Position numbers and translations under genes: made by a program
The notes under the pieces: generated by a model
The model's input: only the letters and a program-made list of their open reading frames with translations
Databases searched by the model: none
What the model was told of the DNA's origin: nothing
DNA from: Halomicronema hongdechloris C2206
GTDB taxonomy: Bacteria; Cyanobacteriota; Cyanobacteriia; Phormidesmidales; Phormidesmidaceae
Length of the DNA: 32,000 nucleotides
Direction: 5' to 3'
Assembly: GCF_002075285.3 (NCBI RefSeq)
Contig: NZ_CP021983.2
Coordinates: 4,350,001-4,382,000 of the forward strand
Part shown: piece by piece, positions 16,745 through 26,345 of the stretch
Position numbering within the stretch: position 1 is the first letter of the stretch
Layout of the letters: each line of letters opens with the position of its first letter

Positions 16745-18460
16745 ATGAAGCGAGATTTATCAGAGCTTGTAGGAAAAACCTATGATCTCCTAGTGATCGG
16801 TGGAGGCATATATGGAGCTTGTGTAGCTTGGGAGGCTAGTCTGAGAGGATTGTCAGTTGTTTTAGTGGAAAAGGGAGATTTTTGTTCAGCAACTTCTGCA
16901 AATAGTCTCAAAATAATTCATGGAGGTTTGAGATATCTCCAGCATGGAGATTTTTCTAGGATGAGGCAGTCGATCAAAGAGCGGCAGGCCTTATTAAAAA
17001 TTGCGCCTCACCTAATTCACCCTTTGCCAGTTTTGGTACCTACATATGGACATGGTCTAAAGGGAAGAGAAGCCTTAACCTTTGCACTTTTGGTTAATGA
17101 CCTGGTGAGTTACGATCGAAATCATTGTCTTTCAGATCCTCAAAAACATATCCCATCAGGTCGCACACTGTCCAAAGATGACGTCCTAAAGCTAGTCCCA
17201 GGCATTTCTGATACTAACTTAACTGGGGGTATACTTTTTCATGATGCACAGGTTTATAATTCTGAACGCCTGACGCTAGCCTTTCTTCACTCTGCTACAC
17301 AAATAGGGGCAAAGATCGCTAACTATGTTGAAGTGACTAGCTTCCTTCAGATAAGGAATCAGGTGAGCGGTGTTGTGGCAAAGGATCATTTAACAGGCTG
17401 CAAATTTGATATCCAGGCGAAAGCTGTTGTTAACACTAGCGGTCCATGGGTGAGTCAAATATCAAATTTGCTTCATAAGAAAACCTCGTCGCTTACTATA
17501 CCACTTGCTAAGGCGGTAAACATAGTGACTCGTCCTTTATTCAAACACCCTTATGCAGTAGGCCTTTCGGGCCATGTAGCTCACCAAAAAACAGAACCAA
17601 TAGAAAGTCAAGGTAGCCGCCTATTTTTCATAGCACCTTGGCGAGGGAAGTCGATGGTTGGTACGGCTTATTTCCCCTACGAAGATAGTCCAGATTCTCT
17701 TGCAGTAACCGAGCAAGAGGTTATGGAATTTATTGGGGATATCAATCGAGTCTATCCAGCTGCCAAGCTTCAGTTGGAAGATGTTTGCTTTGTTCATCGG
17801 GGATTACTCCCTTGCGCTAATGTTGATCCTAAGGCAGGGAACGTTAAGCTGACTAAGCGGTACCAACTCTATGACCACTGCCAAGATGGATTAGCCGGAC
17901 TATTATCAGTAGTGGGAGTTAAGTACACGACAGCGAGGAATGTTGCTCATAAAGTGGTCGACTGGGTTATGCAAATATGTAGCCAGGAACCGAGTCAGTC
18001 CGCCTCTTCCCTGACACCTCTCCATGGAGGAGAAATTGAGAACTTTAATGAATTCTTACGAACTGCGCAAAAAGAATATGCTTCAATTTTATCGGGAAAA
18101 GCAATTCAAGATTTAGTTTATAACTATGGCTCTAGTTATTCAAAAGTCTTAGAATATCTTGATGATTCAGCAGCTGTAAGCAAGAGCATTGGAGACGAAC
18201 TTCCTATTGATAGTTTTGCAGTTCTGAAGGCGGAGACACGATATGCTGTTAATGAGGAAATGGCCCAAAAACTCACTGACTTAATTTTGAGGCGTACATC
18301 TTTAGGTTCGGCTGAACGGCCCACCAATCAGGAAATGCAGATTTGTGCAGACGTTATGGGAAAGGAACTTGGATGGGGACTGAAAAAAGTTCAAGAGGAA
18401 CTTCAAGCAGCAATAGACTTCTTTGATACTAATTTTTCTTCCTGCAAATCATCACTGTAA
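16745..18460 (+). CDS. FAD-dependent oxidoreductase of the glycerol-3-phosphate dehydrogenase/oxidase (GlpD/GlpO, DAO + DAO_C) family
   Basis: The dinucleotide fold YDLLVIGGGIYGACVAWEASLRGLSVVLVEKGDF is followed by SATSANSLKIIHGGLRYLQHGDF, as in GlpD. The C-terminal helical domain contains ETRYAVNEEMAQKLTDLILRRTSLG. The ATG at 16745 is preferred to the TTG at 16736. Confidence 0.85.
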   Translation: MKRDLSELVGKTYDLLVIGGGIYGACVAWEASLRGLSVVLVEKGDFCSATSANSLKIIHGGLRYLQHGDFSRMRQSIKERQALLKIAPHLIHPLPVLVPTYGHGLKGREALTFALLVNDLVSYDRNHCLSDPQKHIPSGRTLSKDDVLKLVPGISDTNLTGGILFHDAQVYNSERLTLAFLHSATQIGAKIANYVEVTSFLQIRNQVSGVVAKDHLTGCKFDIQAKAVVNTSGPWVSQISNLLHKKTSSLTIPLAKAVNIVTRPLFKHPYAVGLSGHVAHQKTEPIESQGSRLFFIAPWRGKSMVGTAYFPYEDSPDSLAVTEQEVMEFIGDINRVYPAAKLQLEDVCFVHRGLLPCANVDPKAGNVKLTKRYQLYDHCQDGLAGLLSVVGVKYTTARNVAHKVVDWVMQICSQEPSQSASSLTPLHGGEIENFNEFLRTAQKEYASILSGKAIQDLVYNYGSSYSKVLEYLDDSAAVSKSIGDELPIDSFAVLKAETRYAVNEEMAQKLTDLILRRTSLGSAERPTNQEMQICADVMGKELGWGLKKVQEELQAAIDFFDTNFSSCKSSL

Positions 18461-18480
18461 TTCTAAGCTGAATAAAATAA

Positions 18481-19029
18481 ATGCCTTCACCAATTGCTCA
18501 TTCAGTTGCTGGATATGTTTTGTCAGTGATCAAGTCTAGAGAAATCAATCTACTTACTTGGAAAAAAATATGGCGAACAGATACATTTTATGTGGTCTTT
18601 ATATCAAATGCACCTGACTTAGATTTCCTTATCCAGGCTTTCTCGAACGAGAAAATACATCGAGGGTTTACTCATAGTATCACAGCCGCTTTGGGAGTAA
18701 GTCTCTTTGCTGTTATTGCCAGCCATATTTTTCATAAGCTATCACACTTTAAATCCCTATTCTGGGTAACGTTGATGCTCTACAGTCTTCATTTATTTTT
18801 AGACTACTTCACGGCTGGTGGCCCGGGTATGCAATTGCTTTGGCCTTTCACCAATGAATTTTATCGCTCCTCAGTTTCCTTATTTCCTGGAGTACATCAT
18901 TCCCGCGGAGTTTTAGACTGGAGCCATATCCAATTCGTTAGCTATGAATTGATATTCTCAGGATTACTGATATGGGGCTTAAAACATTGGAAATCTTATA
19001 GAAAAGATAGTAAAAAGTCATTAACTTGA
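18481..19029 (+). CDS. membrane-bound metal-dependent hydrolase, YdjM-like (PF04307-type)
   Basis: The 182 aa product begins MPSPIAHSVAGYVL, and has APDLDFL, HRGFTHSI and 4-5 hydrophobic helices. It starts 20 nt after the upstream stop. Confidence 0.7.
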   Translation: MPSPIAHSVAGYVLSVIKSREINLLTWKKIWRTDTFYVVFISNAPDLDFLIQAFSNEKIHRGFTHSITAALGVSLFAVIASHIFHKLSHFKSLFWVTLMLYSLHLFLDYFTAGGPGMQLLWPFTNEFYRSSVSLFPGVHHSRGVLDWSHIQFVSYELIFSGLLIWGLKHWKSYRKDSKKSLT

Positions 19030-19083
19030 TTAGCTAGATATTCATATTTATAGTTGATTCTTAATATGAGGACTACTAAATAA

Positions 19084-19896
19084 ATGTCTTCTGTTGCACT
19101 TATAGATGCACATGTCCACATTCATAACTGCTTTAAACTAAGACAGTTACTAGATTCTGCTCGGGAAAACTTTTGTCGAGCTCAGCCTTTGCACCCGGAA
19201 AACTGTTTAGGAGTCTTGATTATTACGGATATCGGTCCTCGAAGTTGGTTTCAAGAACTTAGTCAAAATCTCTTTACATGTGATGCCTCGACTTCTTGTA
19301 GGGTCGGCGAACAGTGGCTCATTACAAGAACTCAAGAGTCATATTCTCTAATGGCTCAACATTGTCAAGGTCAGAAAATGATTTTGCTCTTGGGACGTCA
19401 AATTGTAACTCAGGAAGGAGTTGAGATTTTAGCTCTGATAACTGAGAATGATTTTCCAGATCATTTACCTTTAGAAATAACTGTTCAATCTATTCTGTCT
19501 GCTCAGGCTTTGCCAGTATTGCCTTGGGGAGTAGGTAAATGGATCGGACCACGGGGCTCTTATATCCAGCGTTTTTTGGACACTCACTATGCATCTCATA
19601 TCTTTTTGGGAGACAATAGTGGCCGACCGAGTTTCTGGCCTCGGCCGAGCCATTTCAAGCAAGCCGAACTAAAAGGTGTTCGTATATTGCCAGGCACAGA
19701 TCCCTTGCCTTTAGAAAATGAGTATCGCCGACCCGGTAGTTTTGGATTTAAGCTTTTATGCTCTTTAGATCAGAACTCTCCAGGAGAAGATTTAAAACGG
19801 CTATTGCTGAATCCCTCTACGGTAATTCAGCCTTACGGCGACTTAGAGAATCCACTCCGATTTCTTCGAAACCAATGGATGCTTAGATTCAAATGA
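19084..19896 (+). CDS. hypothetical protein with N-terminal HxH metal-binding motif (amidohydrolase/PHP-like?)
   Basis: The 270 aa product begins ALIDAHVHIHN at its N-terminus. Later conserved-looking patches are LPWGVGKWIGPRG, FLGDNSGRPSFW and ILPGTDPLP. I do not recognise a named family. Confidence 0.55.
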   Translation: MSSVALIDAHVHIHNCFKLRQLLDSARENFCRAQPLHPENCLGVLIITDIGPRSWFQELSQNLFTCDASTSCRVGEQWLITRTQESYSLMAQHCQGQKMILLLGRQIVTQEGVEILALITENDFPDHLPLEITVQSILSAQALPVLPWGVGKWIGPRGSYIQRFLDTHYASHIFLGDNSGRPSFWPRPSHFKQAELKGVRILPGTDPLPLENEYRRPGSFGFKLLCSLDQNSPGEDLKRLLLNPSTVIQPYGDLENPLRFLRNQWMLRFK

Positions 19897-19977
19897 CCTA
19901 AAAAACCCGCTTATTTAACCAATTTTAGTGTAAAATCCATATCTTAATAGTCTAAGTAGCCGGAGAATTTAAAATTT

Positions 19978-20964
19978 ATGGCAAAGGTTTTAGTCACAGG
20001 TGGCAAGGGATTTCTAGGTAGCCACTTGGCAGCTAAGTTAGCAAAAACAGAGGATCAAGTTCGTATTTTTTCCCGTCAAAAAGGTACGAATAGTTCAATT
20101 TTAAGAGATTCTAATTATGAATTCTCTTGGGGTGATATTAGAGATTCAAGGGCTGTTGAAAATGCAGTTGAAGGGGTTGATTACATTATTCACACAGTCT
20201 CTAATTTTCGCAAAGGAGGCTCGGATAAAGATGACGCTTACTCTACAAATGTTGAAGGCACTGAGAACATACTGAGAGCAGCAGAAAAGCATAATGTTCA
20301 ACACATAATTCACTGTAGCACGATTGGTGTGCATGGCACAGTTTTAGAAATCCCTGCAAATGAAGATACTCCATTCAATCCAACTGATCTCTATCAAGAA
20401 ACAAAGTTGATTGCAGAAAAGAAGGTTTGGGAATTCTATCAGAAAACCAAATTACCGATCACCGTCATTCGCCCTATCTCTCTCTTTGGAGCGGGCGATA
20501 TGCGGATGCTTAAGCTTTTTCGTCTGATTAAGCAGGGAAAATTTATTATCGTAGGAGATGGAGAGGTATTATTTCATCCCGCCTATATCGATGATGTAGT
20601 TCAGGGATTTCTCCTTTGCCTAGGTAATGAGAGAGCTTTTGGAGAAGCATTCATCATCGGAGGGGAAGGATATTTGACATTGAATGAACTATGTGGCCTG
20701 ATTGCAGAAGAGTTGAAGGTTCGTCCTCCAAAACTTTATGTGCCGATGGTACCAGTGCTAGCTCTGGCAACTCTCTGCGAGAAAATTTGTGTGCCTTTGG
20801 GAATTGAGCCACCCTTGCATAGACGGCGAGTCAGCTTTTTTCAAAATAATCGAGCATTTTCCATCGATAAAGCGAAACAGATTTTAGGATATCAACCCCA
20901 ATTCTCTCTGGAAGAAGGTATTCAGAAAACAATCCAATGGTATCAGGCACAAGGATGGCTATAG
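19978..20964 (+). CDS. NAD-dependent epimerase/dehydratase (extended SDR)
   Basis: The Rossmann motif is KVLVTGGKGFLGSHL and the catalytic YxxxK is LYQETKLIAE. The 328 aa length is typical of sugar-nucleotide epimerases, dehydratases and reductases. Confidence 0.9.
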   Translation: MAKVLVTGGKGFLGSHLAAKLAKTEDQVRIFSRQKGTNSSILRDSNYEFSWGDIRDSRAVENAVEGVDYIIHTVSNFRKGGSDKDDAYSTNVEGTENILRAAEKHNVQHIIHCSTIGVHGTVLEIPANEDTPFNPTDLYQETKLIAEKKVWEFYQKTKLPITVIRPISLFGAGDMRMLKLFRLIKQGKFIIVGDGEVLFHPAYIDDVVQGFLLCLGNERAFGEAFIIGGEGYLTLNELCGLIAEELKVRPPKLYVPMVPVLALATLCEKICVPLGIEPPLHRRRVSFFQNNRAFSIDKAKQILGYQPQFSLEEGIQKTIQWYQAQGWL

Positions 20965-20974
20965 GTTAGATACT

Positions 20975-21772
20975 ATGAGTAATATAGAAAATTTCTCGAC
21001 TCATGAACCATTGACTATTCAAAAGAATGAAGAGATTCAAAAAACTGCACTTCAAGCAGCATTAATTGATTCTAAAAAGTCAGCCTTACAGAAATATCAA
21101 GACTTTGCCGTTGGGTCTTCTAAGTTATCAGCGTTACTGAAATATGAAATATTAACAGGGATATTTGGACCAATTCCTGGAGCACTCGGATTGGTCTTAC
21201 GTAAACGGTTTTATAAATCTTTGTTTGGTAGTATTGGTCGAGGTGTGGTTTTTGGCAAGTCGATAACAATTCGCCATCCCCATAAGATTCACATTGGCGA
21301 AAACGTTATCATTGACGATTATGCTGTTTTGGATGCCAAAGGGACTGATAACCAAGGAATCACCATCGGTAATAATGTCATGATTGGTAGGAATTCAGTG
21401 ATTAGCTGCAAGAATGGCGATATCACGATTGGTGATAACACTAATATTGCAATGAACTGCTTTATTCAATCTGCCAAAACTGTTCATATTGGCGCAAATG
21501 TCTTGATTGCACCATACTGCTATGTGATTGGTGGTGGAGATCATGAAACAGTTAGAACTGATATTCCAATCATCGCTCAGGGGCAGATTGTGAAGGGAAT
21601 CATAATTGAAGATAACTGTTGGCTTGGCGCTGATGTAAAGGTCTTAGACGGGATCAAAATTGAACGAGATAGTATTATTGGGACGGGTGCTGTTGTCACT
21701 AAATCCCTTCCGGAATTTAATGTTGCTGTTGGTATACCTGCAAAGGTAATTAAAATTAGAAAAAACGGCTAA
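20975..21772 (+). CDS. left-handed beta-helix (hexapeptide) O-acetyltransferase, WcaF/EpsM-like, with ~70 aa N-terminal extension
   Basis: Repeated [LIV]-G-x4 turns are present: IHIGENVIIDDYAVLD, ITIGNNVMIGRNSVI, ITIGDNTNIAMNCFI, VHIGANVLIAPYCYV and IIIEDNCWLGADVKVLDGIKIERDSIIGTGAVV. Confidence 0.85.
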   Translation: MSNIENFSTHEPLTIQKNEEIQKTALQAALIDSKKSALQKYQDFAVGSSKLSALLKYEILTGIFGPIPGALGLVLRKRFYKSLFGSIGRGVVFGKSITIRHPHKIHIGENVIIDDYAVLDAKGTDNQGITIGNNVMIGRNSVISCKNGDITIGDNTNIAMNCFIQSAKTVHIGANVLIAPYCYVIGGGDHETVRTDIPIIAQGQIVKGIIIEDNCWLGADVKVLDGIKIERDSIIGTGAVVTKSLPEFNVAVGIPAKVIKIRKNG

Positions 21773-21842
21773 TTTAGCTTTTGTTCTAAATAATTGTTCG
21801 AGGTTTTTTAGGTTACTTAATTAAGTCACTATCGTTTTAATC

Positions 21843-23030
21843 ATGAAAGCAGTTTCTATACAAAATATTGAGCAGACAGATGATGTCATGGCCTCTAGAT
21901 CTCTAGACCGACATATTCATGTGATGCATATTATTGACAAGCTAAGTGTTTCTGGATCAGGAGTTCATGGAGTTGGTAGAGCAATTGAGTGGTGGATTCC
22001 CCGATTTGATTCTAATGAATTTCGATTCAGTATTTGTAGTTTACGCACGCCTGAAGCTGCTGGAAAAGTTTTTGAGGAACAGGGAATACCTCCTTTTTTC
22101 CTTGGCAGAGGGAAGTTTGATGTGAGAACCGTTTTAGATCTAGTTAAGCTGATTAAAAGAGAGAGACCACATGTTCTCCACCTGCACGGTTATGGAGCTA
22201 CAAATTTCGGACGAATTGCAAGTTTCTTGACAGGCACTCCTAATATTGTCCATGAGCACACAGTAATTGATAATCAACCGCTATATCAAACTATAGTTGA
22301 CACATTTCTATCACCGCTGACGAGTAAGGCGATTGCTATTTCTCAACCTGTATACGAATTTATGATTCGTCACCGCAAAATAGATCCAGCGAAACTAGAT
22401 GTATTCTTTTATGGCATCCCGCTTTCTGAATTTCAAGCACCTGAGCAAAGAGAAATTCAAGAAAAGAGGAGTAAATTAAATATTGACCCAGACGAACATG
22501 TTATCTGTAATGTTGGTCGCTTAGATACACAAAAGGGACAAATTTATTTGTTAAAAGCAGCAATCCTCGTTCTTAAAGAACTACCTAATACGCGATTCCT
22601 AATTGTTGGGGAGGGTCCAGATCGAGAGATGTTAGAGTCTTTCGCTAGGGAAAACGGTATTAGCGATCGTATCATTTTTACTGGATTGCGTAAAGACGTT
22701 CCTACATTACTTGCCTTATCTGATTTAGTTGCGATTCCATCTTTATGGGAAGGAGGTCCGTTAACTCTATTTGAAGCAATGAACCTTAGCAAACCAGTTA
22801 TTGGCACTCCTGCTGGAATGATGGGTGAAGTTATCAGTAATGGTAAGACAGGTTTCCAAGTTCCGTTGCGGAGCGTAGATGAATTAGCTGAGAGAATAAT
22901 TTATTTGCTCAAGAATCCAACTATAGCAAAGCGAATGGGTGGAAGGAGTTGGAAAGTTTGTCAAAATTATGATATCTCAGCATCAGTGAGACGTCTTAGT
23001 GAAATCTACAGAGAGCTCTTTAGAACTTGA
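21843..23030 (+). CDS. GT4 glycosyltransferase (intact)
   Basis: VGRLDTQKGQIYLLKAAILVLKELPNTRFLIVGEGPDRE...FTGLRKDVPTLLALSDLVAIPSLWEGGPLTLFEAMNLSKPVIGT contains the E-x7-E region. The start could be an internal Met (such as 21888). Confidence 0.9.
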   Translation: MKAVSIQNIEQTDDVMASRSLDRHIHVMHIIDKLSVSGSGVHGVGRAIEWWIPRFDSNEFRFSICSLRTPEAAGKVFEEQGIPPFFLGRGKFDVRTVLDLVKLIKRERPHVLHLHGYGATNFGRIASFLTGTPNIVHEHTVIDNQPLYQTIVDTFLSPLTSKAIAISQPVYEFMIRHRKIDPAKLDVFFYGIPLSEFQAPEQREIQEKRSKLNIDPDEHVICNVGRLDTQKGQIYLLKAAILVLKELPNTRFLIVGEGPDREMLESFARENGISDRIIFTGLRKDVPTLLALSDLVAIPSLWEGGPLTLFEAMNLSKPVIGTPAGMMGEVISNGKTGFQVPLRSVDELAERIIYLLKNPTIAKRMGGRSWKVCQNYDISASVRRLSEIYRELFRT

Positions 23031-23085
23031 GCAATTTAAGTAAGTGAACCAAATATTTACTTAGATAAATTTATTTCTAATATGT

Positions 23086-24483
23086 ATGAAAAAGCTTCTC
23101 AACCGTCTAGATTTATCATATCTATATGCTTTTATTGGAGAGGCAACTCTAGGCTTAACATTTGTTTTTTACATTCTATTAGCAAGGATATTAGGTCCTG
23201 ATCAATACGGAGTTTTCGCAGCAGCTACAGCATTGGCTGGCATCTTATCGTTTTTCATTCAATTTGGTTTGCCAGCTTTGTTGACGCGAGAAGTTGCAGC
23301 TCATCCTGATAGAGGACCTAAAGAAACATCAACATTTCTAGTTTTAGAAGGTTTGCTTTCTATCCCTGTTCTGTTACTACTACCCTTTTTAGCTGGCATA
23401 TTCAAATTTGATAGCAATGGGCTTGTCGTGTGTTACATTGTTGTGCTAGCCGAGGTATGCCGTAGTGCTAAGCAAACATTAAGGGGAGTGATTCGCGGAT
23501 TGGGGCAGTTTCGGACGGAAACAACTTCTGTAGCACTTGAGCGTTTTTTATCAGTTGCATTCGCAAGCCTTACATTATTTTGGACTGAGAATTTAATTTG
23601 GGTTGTCGGCATTTTTACGATAATACGAATCCTGGATATTATAGGATTAATTTTCTACTTATGTCGAAAAACAAAAATCTGGTCTAGGCTCAGCTTGAAG
23701 AGTTTATGGCATTCATTACGAATTTCTTATCCATTTGCTCTTTCAAGTGTTTTGTGGATTCTTTATTACCAAATCGACATATTGATGTTGAAAGGATTAG
23801 CACAAACTAGTGATGTTGGTTTTTATAATGCTGCTTATCGAATTATCGAAGTTTTTGGTTCAGTCCCTCGTGTAGTTTTTCTCGTTTCATTTACTCGCAT
23901 GGCTAGGTGTCATGAAAATCATCCAGAAAAACTATCAACTGAACTCTATAAAACAGCTTACCTGCTTCTGTTGTCGACGTTGCCACTACTTATTGTTTCT
24001 GGCTTTGGCCAACAAATTATCATAAATACTCTCTATGGTAAAGACTACTATCTTGCAGGTGCCTCATTAGCAATCTTATTGCCAAGCTTGGGGATCAAAA
24101 TGTTCGGAACTTTAGTTGAATACTTTTTACAAGCAACTCAACGAGAACACCTTCTTCCTATGCTATTGGGAGTCACTGTTGTCTTAAATACTACTTTAAA
24201 TGCTGTTCTTATACCTTACTTAGGAGCAGTTGGTGCTGCTTTAGCAACTCTATCTAGTGAAATTGTATTAGCTATCTTTGGACTTTGGATAATGGCTCGA
24301 GTCGGATTTGCTCAAGTAGGTCGAACGCTTCAAATTATTTCATTATTTAGTTTATTAGCGGCGGCCACTCCCTCTTTTCTTTTGAATGGTCTTAATCCTT
24401 TGATATGTTTGGGGATACTCTTAATGAGTATTGGCATAATTGTCTCATTTTCTGCAAAAAACTTTTGTAGAAGTTTATCATAA
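23086..24483 (+). CDS. Wzx-like oligosaccharide flippase (MOP superfamily, Polysacc_synt)
   Basis: The 465 aa product has about 12 or more hydrophobic helices. Its N-terminus (LTFVFYILLARILGPDQYGVFAAATALAGILSFFIQFGLPALLTREVA) is typical of polysaccharide flippases. Confidence 0.8.
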   Translation: MKKLLNRLDLSYLYAFIGEATLGLTFVFYILLARILGPDQYGVFAAATALAGILSFFIQFGLPALLTREVAAHPDRGPKETSTFLVLEGLLSIPVLLLLPFLAGIFKFDSNGLVVCYIVVLAEVCRSAKQTLRGVIRGLGQFRTETTSVALERFLSVAFASLTLFWTENLIWVVGIFTIIRILDIIGLIFYLCRKTKIWSRLSLKSLWHSLRISYPFALSSVLWILYYQIDILMLKGLAQTSDVGFYNAAYRIIEVFGSVPRVVFLVSFTRMARCHENHPEKLSTELYKTAYLLLLSTLPLLIVSGFGQQIIINTLYGKDYYLAGASLAILLPSLGIKMFGTLVEYFLQATQREHLLPMLLGVTVVLNTTLNAVLIPYLGAVGAALATLSSEIVLAIFGLWIMARVGFAQVGRTLQIISLFSLLAAATPSFLLNGLNPLICLGILLMSIGIIVSFSAKNFCRSLS

Positions 24484-24740
24484 CTCTAGATACTTTGATC
24501 AAACATGAATCTAATATTTCTAAATCATAATTTCATTCAATAAAAGTAACAAGGTAACTTCAACCTTTAATATATGTCGAAAAATGTTTGCATTGTATCT
24601 ATATATTCTTTAATCTTTCATAAACAAATTTTCTGAGGAGAGAAACTGAATGTTCTCATAACCTTATTAAAATACTCTAACTTTTAGTCAAACGGGCATT
24701 TTCTACAGTTTTTTTACTGTTTATCAGTTTAAGTTTGAAA

Positions 24741-26345
24741 ATGAAACGTAATCACCTAATTCATAAGACGTATCTATTTATAATTTTACTGAGTTTTTTT
24801 AATCTATCATGCACTTCCCAGCATGAGAATCAGTCCAGTAGCTATCCAGCTGTTTCAGAACCCACAGGCAATGACTTAGGCAAGCGAAATGCAATGTTGT
24901 GGGAGCATGAAGATTGGGATTTGAATAATCCTTCCTGGAAGGATAACCCGTTTGATTTAGTCGCTACAGTCAGCTTCGAACATCAAAATAGCAATGCCAG
25001 TCACACTACGGAAATGTTTTATAGAGGTGATAATACGTGGGGATTTCGCTTTACTGGAACTCATTTAGGTCAGTGGAATTTCACTACGATCAGTAATGAT
25101 CCCGATCTAAATGGTTATTACGGAAGTATTATCGTTCGACATAATTCAAACCCAAATCTTGCCGGTTTCATGACTAATATTGGTAATAAATTTGCTTTGC
25201 AAACGACTGATACCGAAACGCTTCGACCATACTTATTTAATGCCTATATGAATCAGCAAAGCTTTGAGGAAAGTGGCTTTGTTGGGAATTGGACTGATAC
25301 TCAAGATACAAGTATTTATCTGCAGGATGCAAAAGAGCACGGTTTCGACACAATTTTATTTGCCATTAACAATAGCTGGTTTGAATTTGGAAGTTCGGGA
25401 TGGGATGAACATAATAGCGTCAATCCTGACATTGAAACCTTTGAGATTCTCGAAAATCTAATCATTAATACACATCGCCAAGGCGGGCGGGTTCATTTGT
25501 GGGCTTGGGGTGATGAAGAGCGTAGATGGACACCTATTGGGGTTGGATGTAACAGGCTTACTCGCTTTCTGGAGTCTTGTGATGGTGGTATCAATGGTGA
25601 GGCAGACCGCAGGCTGCAACGCTACATTGCTGCGCGCCTAGGTCCTTTGCCAGGATGGACGATGAATTATGGCTTTGACTTACAAGAATGGGTCAGCGAA
25701 GAGCAAACAGGGCGGTGGGCTGATTACTTACGAGAGCATATGGGCTGGCCCCATTTATTATGGGCTAGAGGTCGGTTTAACTCTAACCTAAGTGTGGCTT
25801 CTTATTCTGGAATGGGTCATACTTACGAGGATGCAGTTAGCAATCTGGAAGCGGATCCCACACGGCCTCATATTTTTGAAGAGCGTGATCTTTACTTGCG
25901 CGAAGATTTTCACACCATGGATTGGACTCGCCAACACCTGTGGCGATATACCCTGGCTGGAGGACATGGCGGATTTTGGGGTGTCGGCTTGGATGATGAT
26001 GCGAAGCCATACCCAAACCCTGAACAACTACGGACGCATCAGCAATTTTGGTTAGAGGAAAAGCGGTTTCTATTTGCGATGAGACCTGCCAATAGTCTGG
26101 TGACTACAGGTGATGGATATGTTCTAAAGATACCAAGCAACGCCAATTATGTTGTCTATCAAGAAGATACAGATGTAATTCGAGTAGATTTGTCAGAGAT
26201 GCAGGGAGAGCAACTCGCGATCGCTGTGAACACGAAAAATGAATACGACGAAATCGACTTGGGGATTTTAGAGCCAGGACAACAGACTTTAGAACTACCT
26301 GAAGTTTCTGACTGGGCGATCGCCGTAGGAAAATTCAATCAATAG
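24741..26345 (+). CDS. lipoprotein with N-terminal DUF5060-like beta-sandwich and TIM-barrel glycoside-hydrolase-like domain
   Basis: The lipobox is LLSFFNLSC|TS. NPFDLVATVSFEH...EMFYRGDNTWGFRFTGTHLGQWNFTTISNDPDLNGYYGSI matches my memory of DUF5060. It is followed by ...FDTILFAINNSWFE... and HRQGGRVHLWAWGDEER. GC is intermediate and the gene holds two HIP1 sites (26217, 26316). Confidence 0.55.
   Translation: MKRNHLIHKTYLFIILLSFFNLSCTSQHENQSSSYPAVSEPTGNDLGKRNAMLWEHEDWDLNNPSWKDNPFDLVATVSFEHQNSNASHTTEMFYRGDNTWGFRFTGTHLGQWNFTTISNDPDLNGYYGSIIVRHNSNPNLAGFMTNIGNKFALQTTDTETLRPYLFNAYMNQQSFEESGFVGNWTDTQDTSIYLQDAKEHGFDTILFAINNSWFEFGSSGWDEHNSVNPDIETFEILENLIINTHRQGGRVHLWAWGDEERRWTPIGVGCNRLTRFLESCDGGINGEADRRLQRYIAARLGPLPGWTMNYGFDLQEWVSEEQTGRWADYLREHMGWPHLLWARGRFNSNLSVASYSGMGHTYEDAVSNLEADPTRPHIFEERDLYLREDFHTMDWTRQHLWRYTLAGGHGGFWGVGLDDDAKPYPNPEQLRTHQQFWLEEKRFLFAMRPANSLVTTGDGYVLKIPSNANYVVYQEDTDVIRVDLSEMQGEQLAIAVNTKNEYDEIDLGILEPGQQTLELPEVSDWAIAVGKFNQ

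Noticed and set aside
18136-20334. Minus-strand ORFs 18136-18327, 19471-19662 and 20146-20334
   Set aside because: They are antisense to well-supported plus-strand genes in a tightly packed operon and have no motifs.
22544-22807. ORF 22544-22807(-)
   Set aside because: It is antisense to the most conserved part of the intact GT4 gene.
24484-24740. Small hairpin ACAGT-ttttttt-ACTGT upstream of the lipoprotein gene as a terminator
   Set aside because: The stem is only 5 bp in very AT-rich DNA, so it is expected by chance.
25264-26055. ORFs 25264-25461(+), 25788-26027(-) and 25792-26055(+)
   Set aside because: These are alternate-frame or antisense ORFs inside the 536 aa lipoprotein gene.
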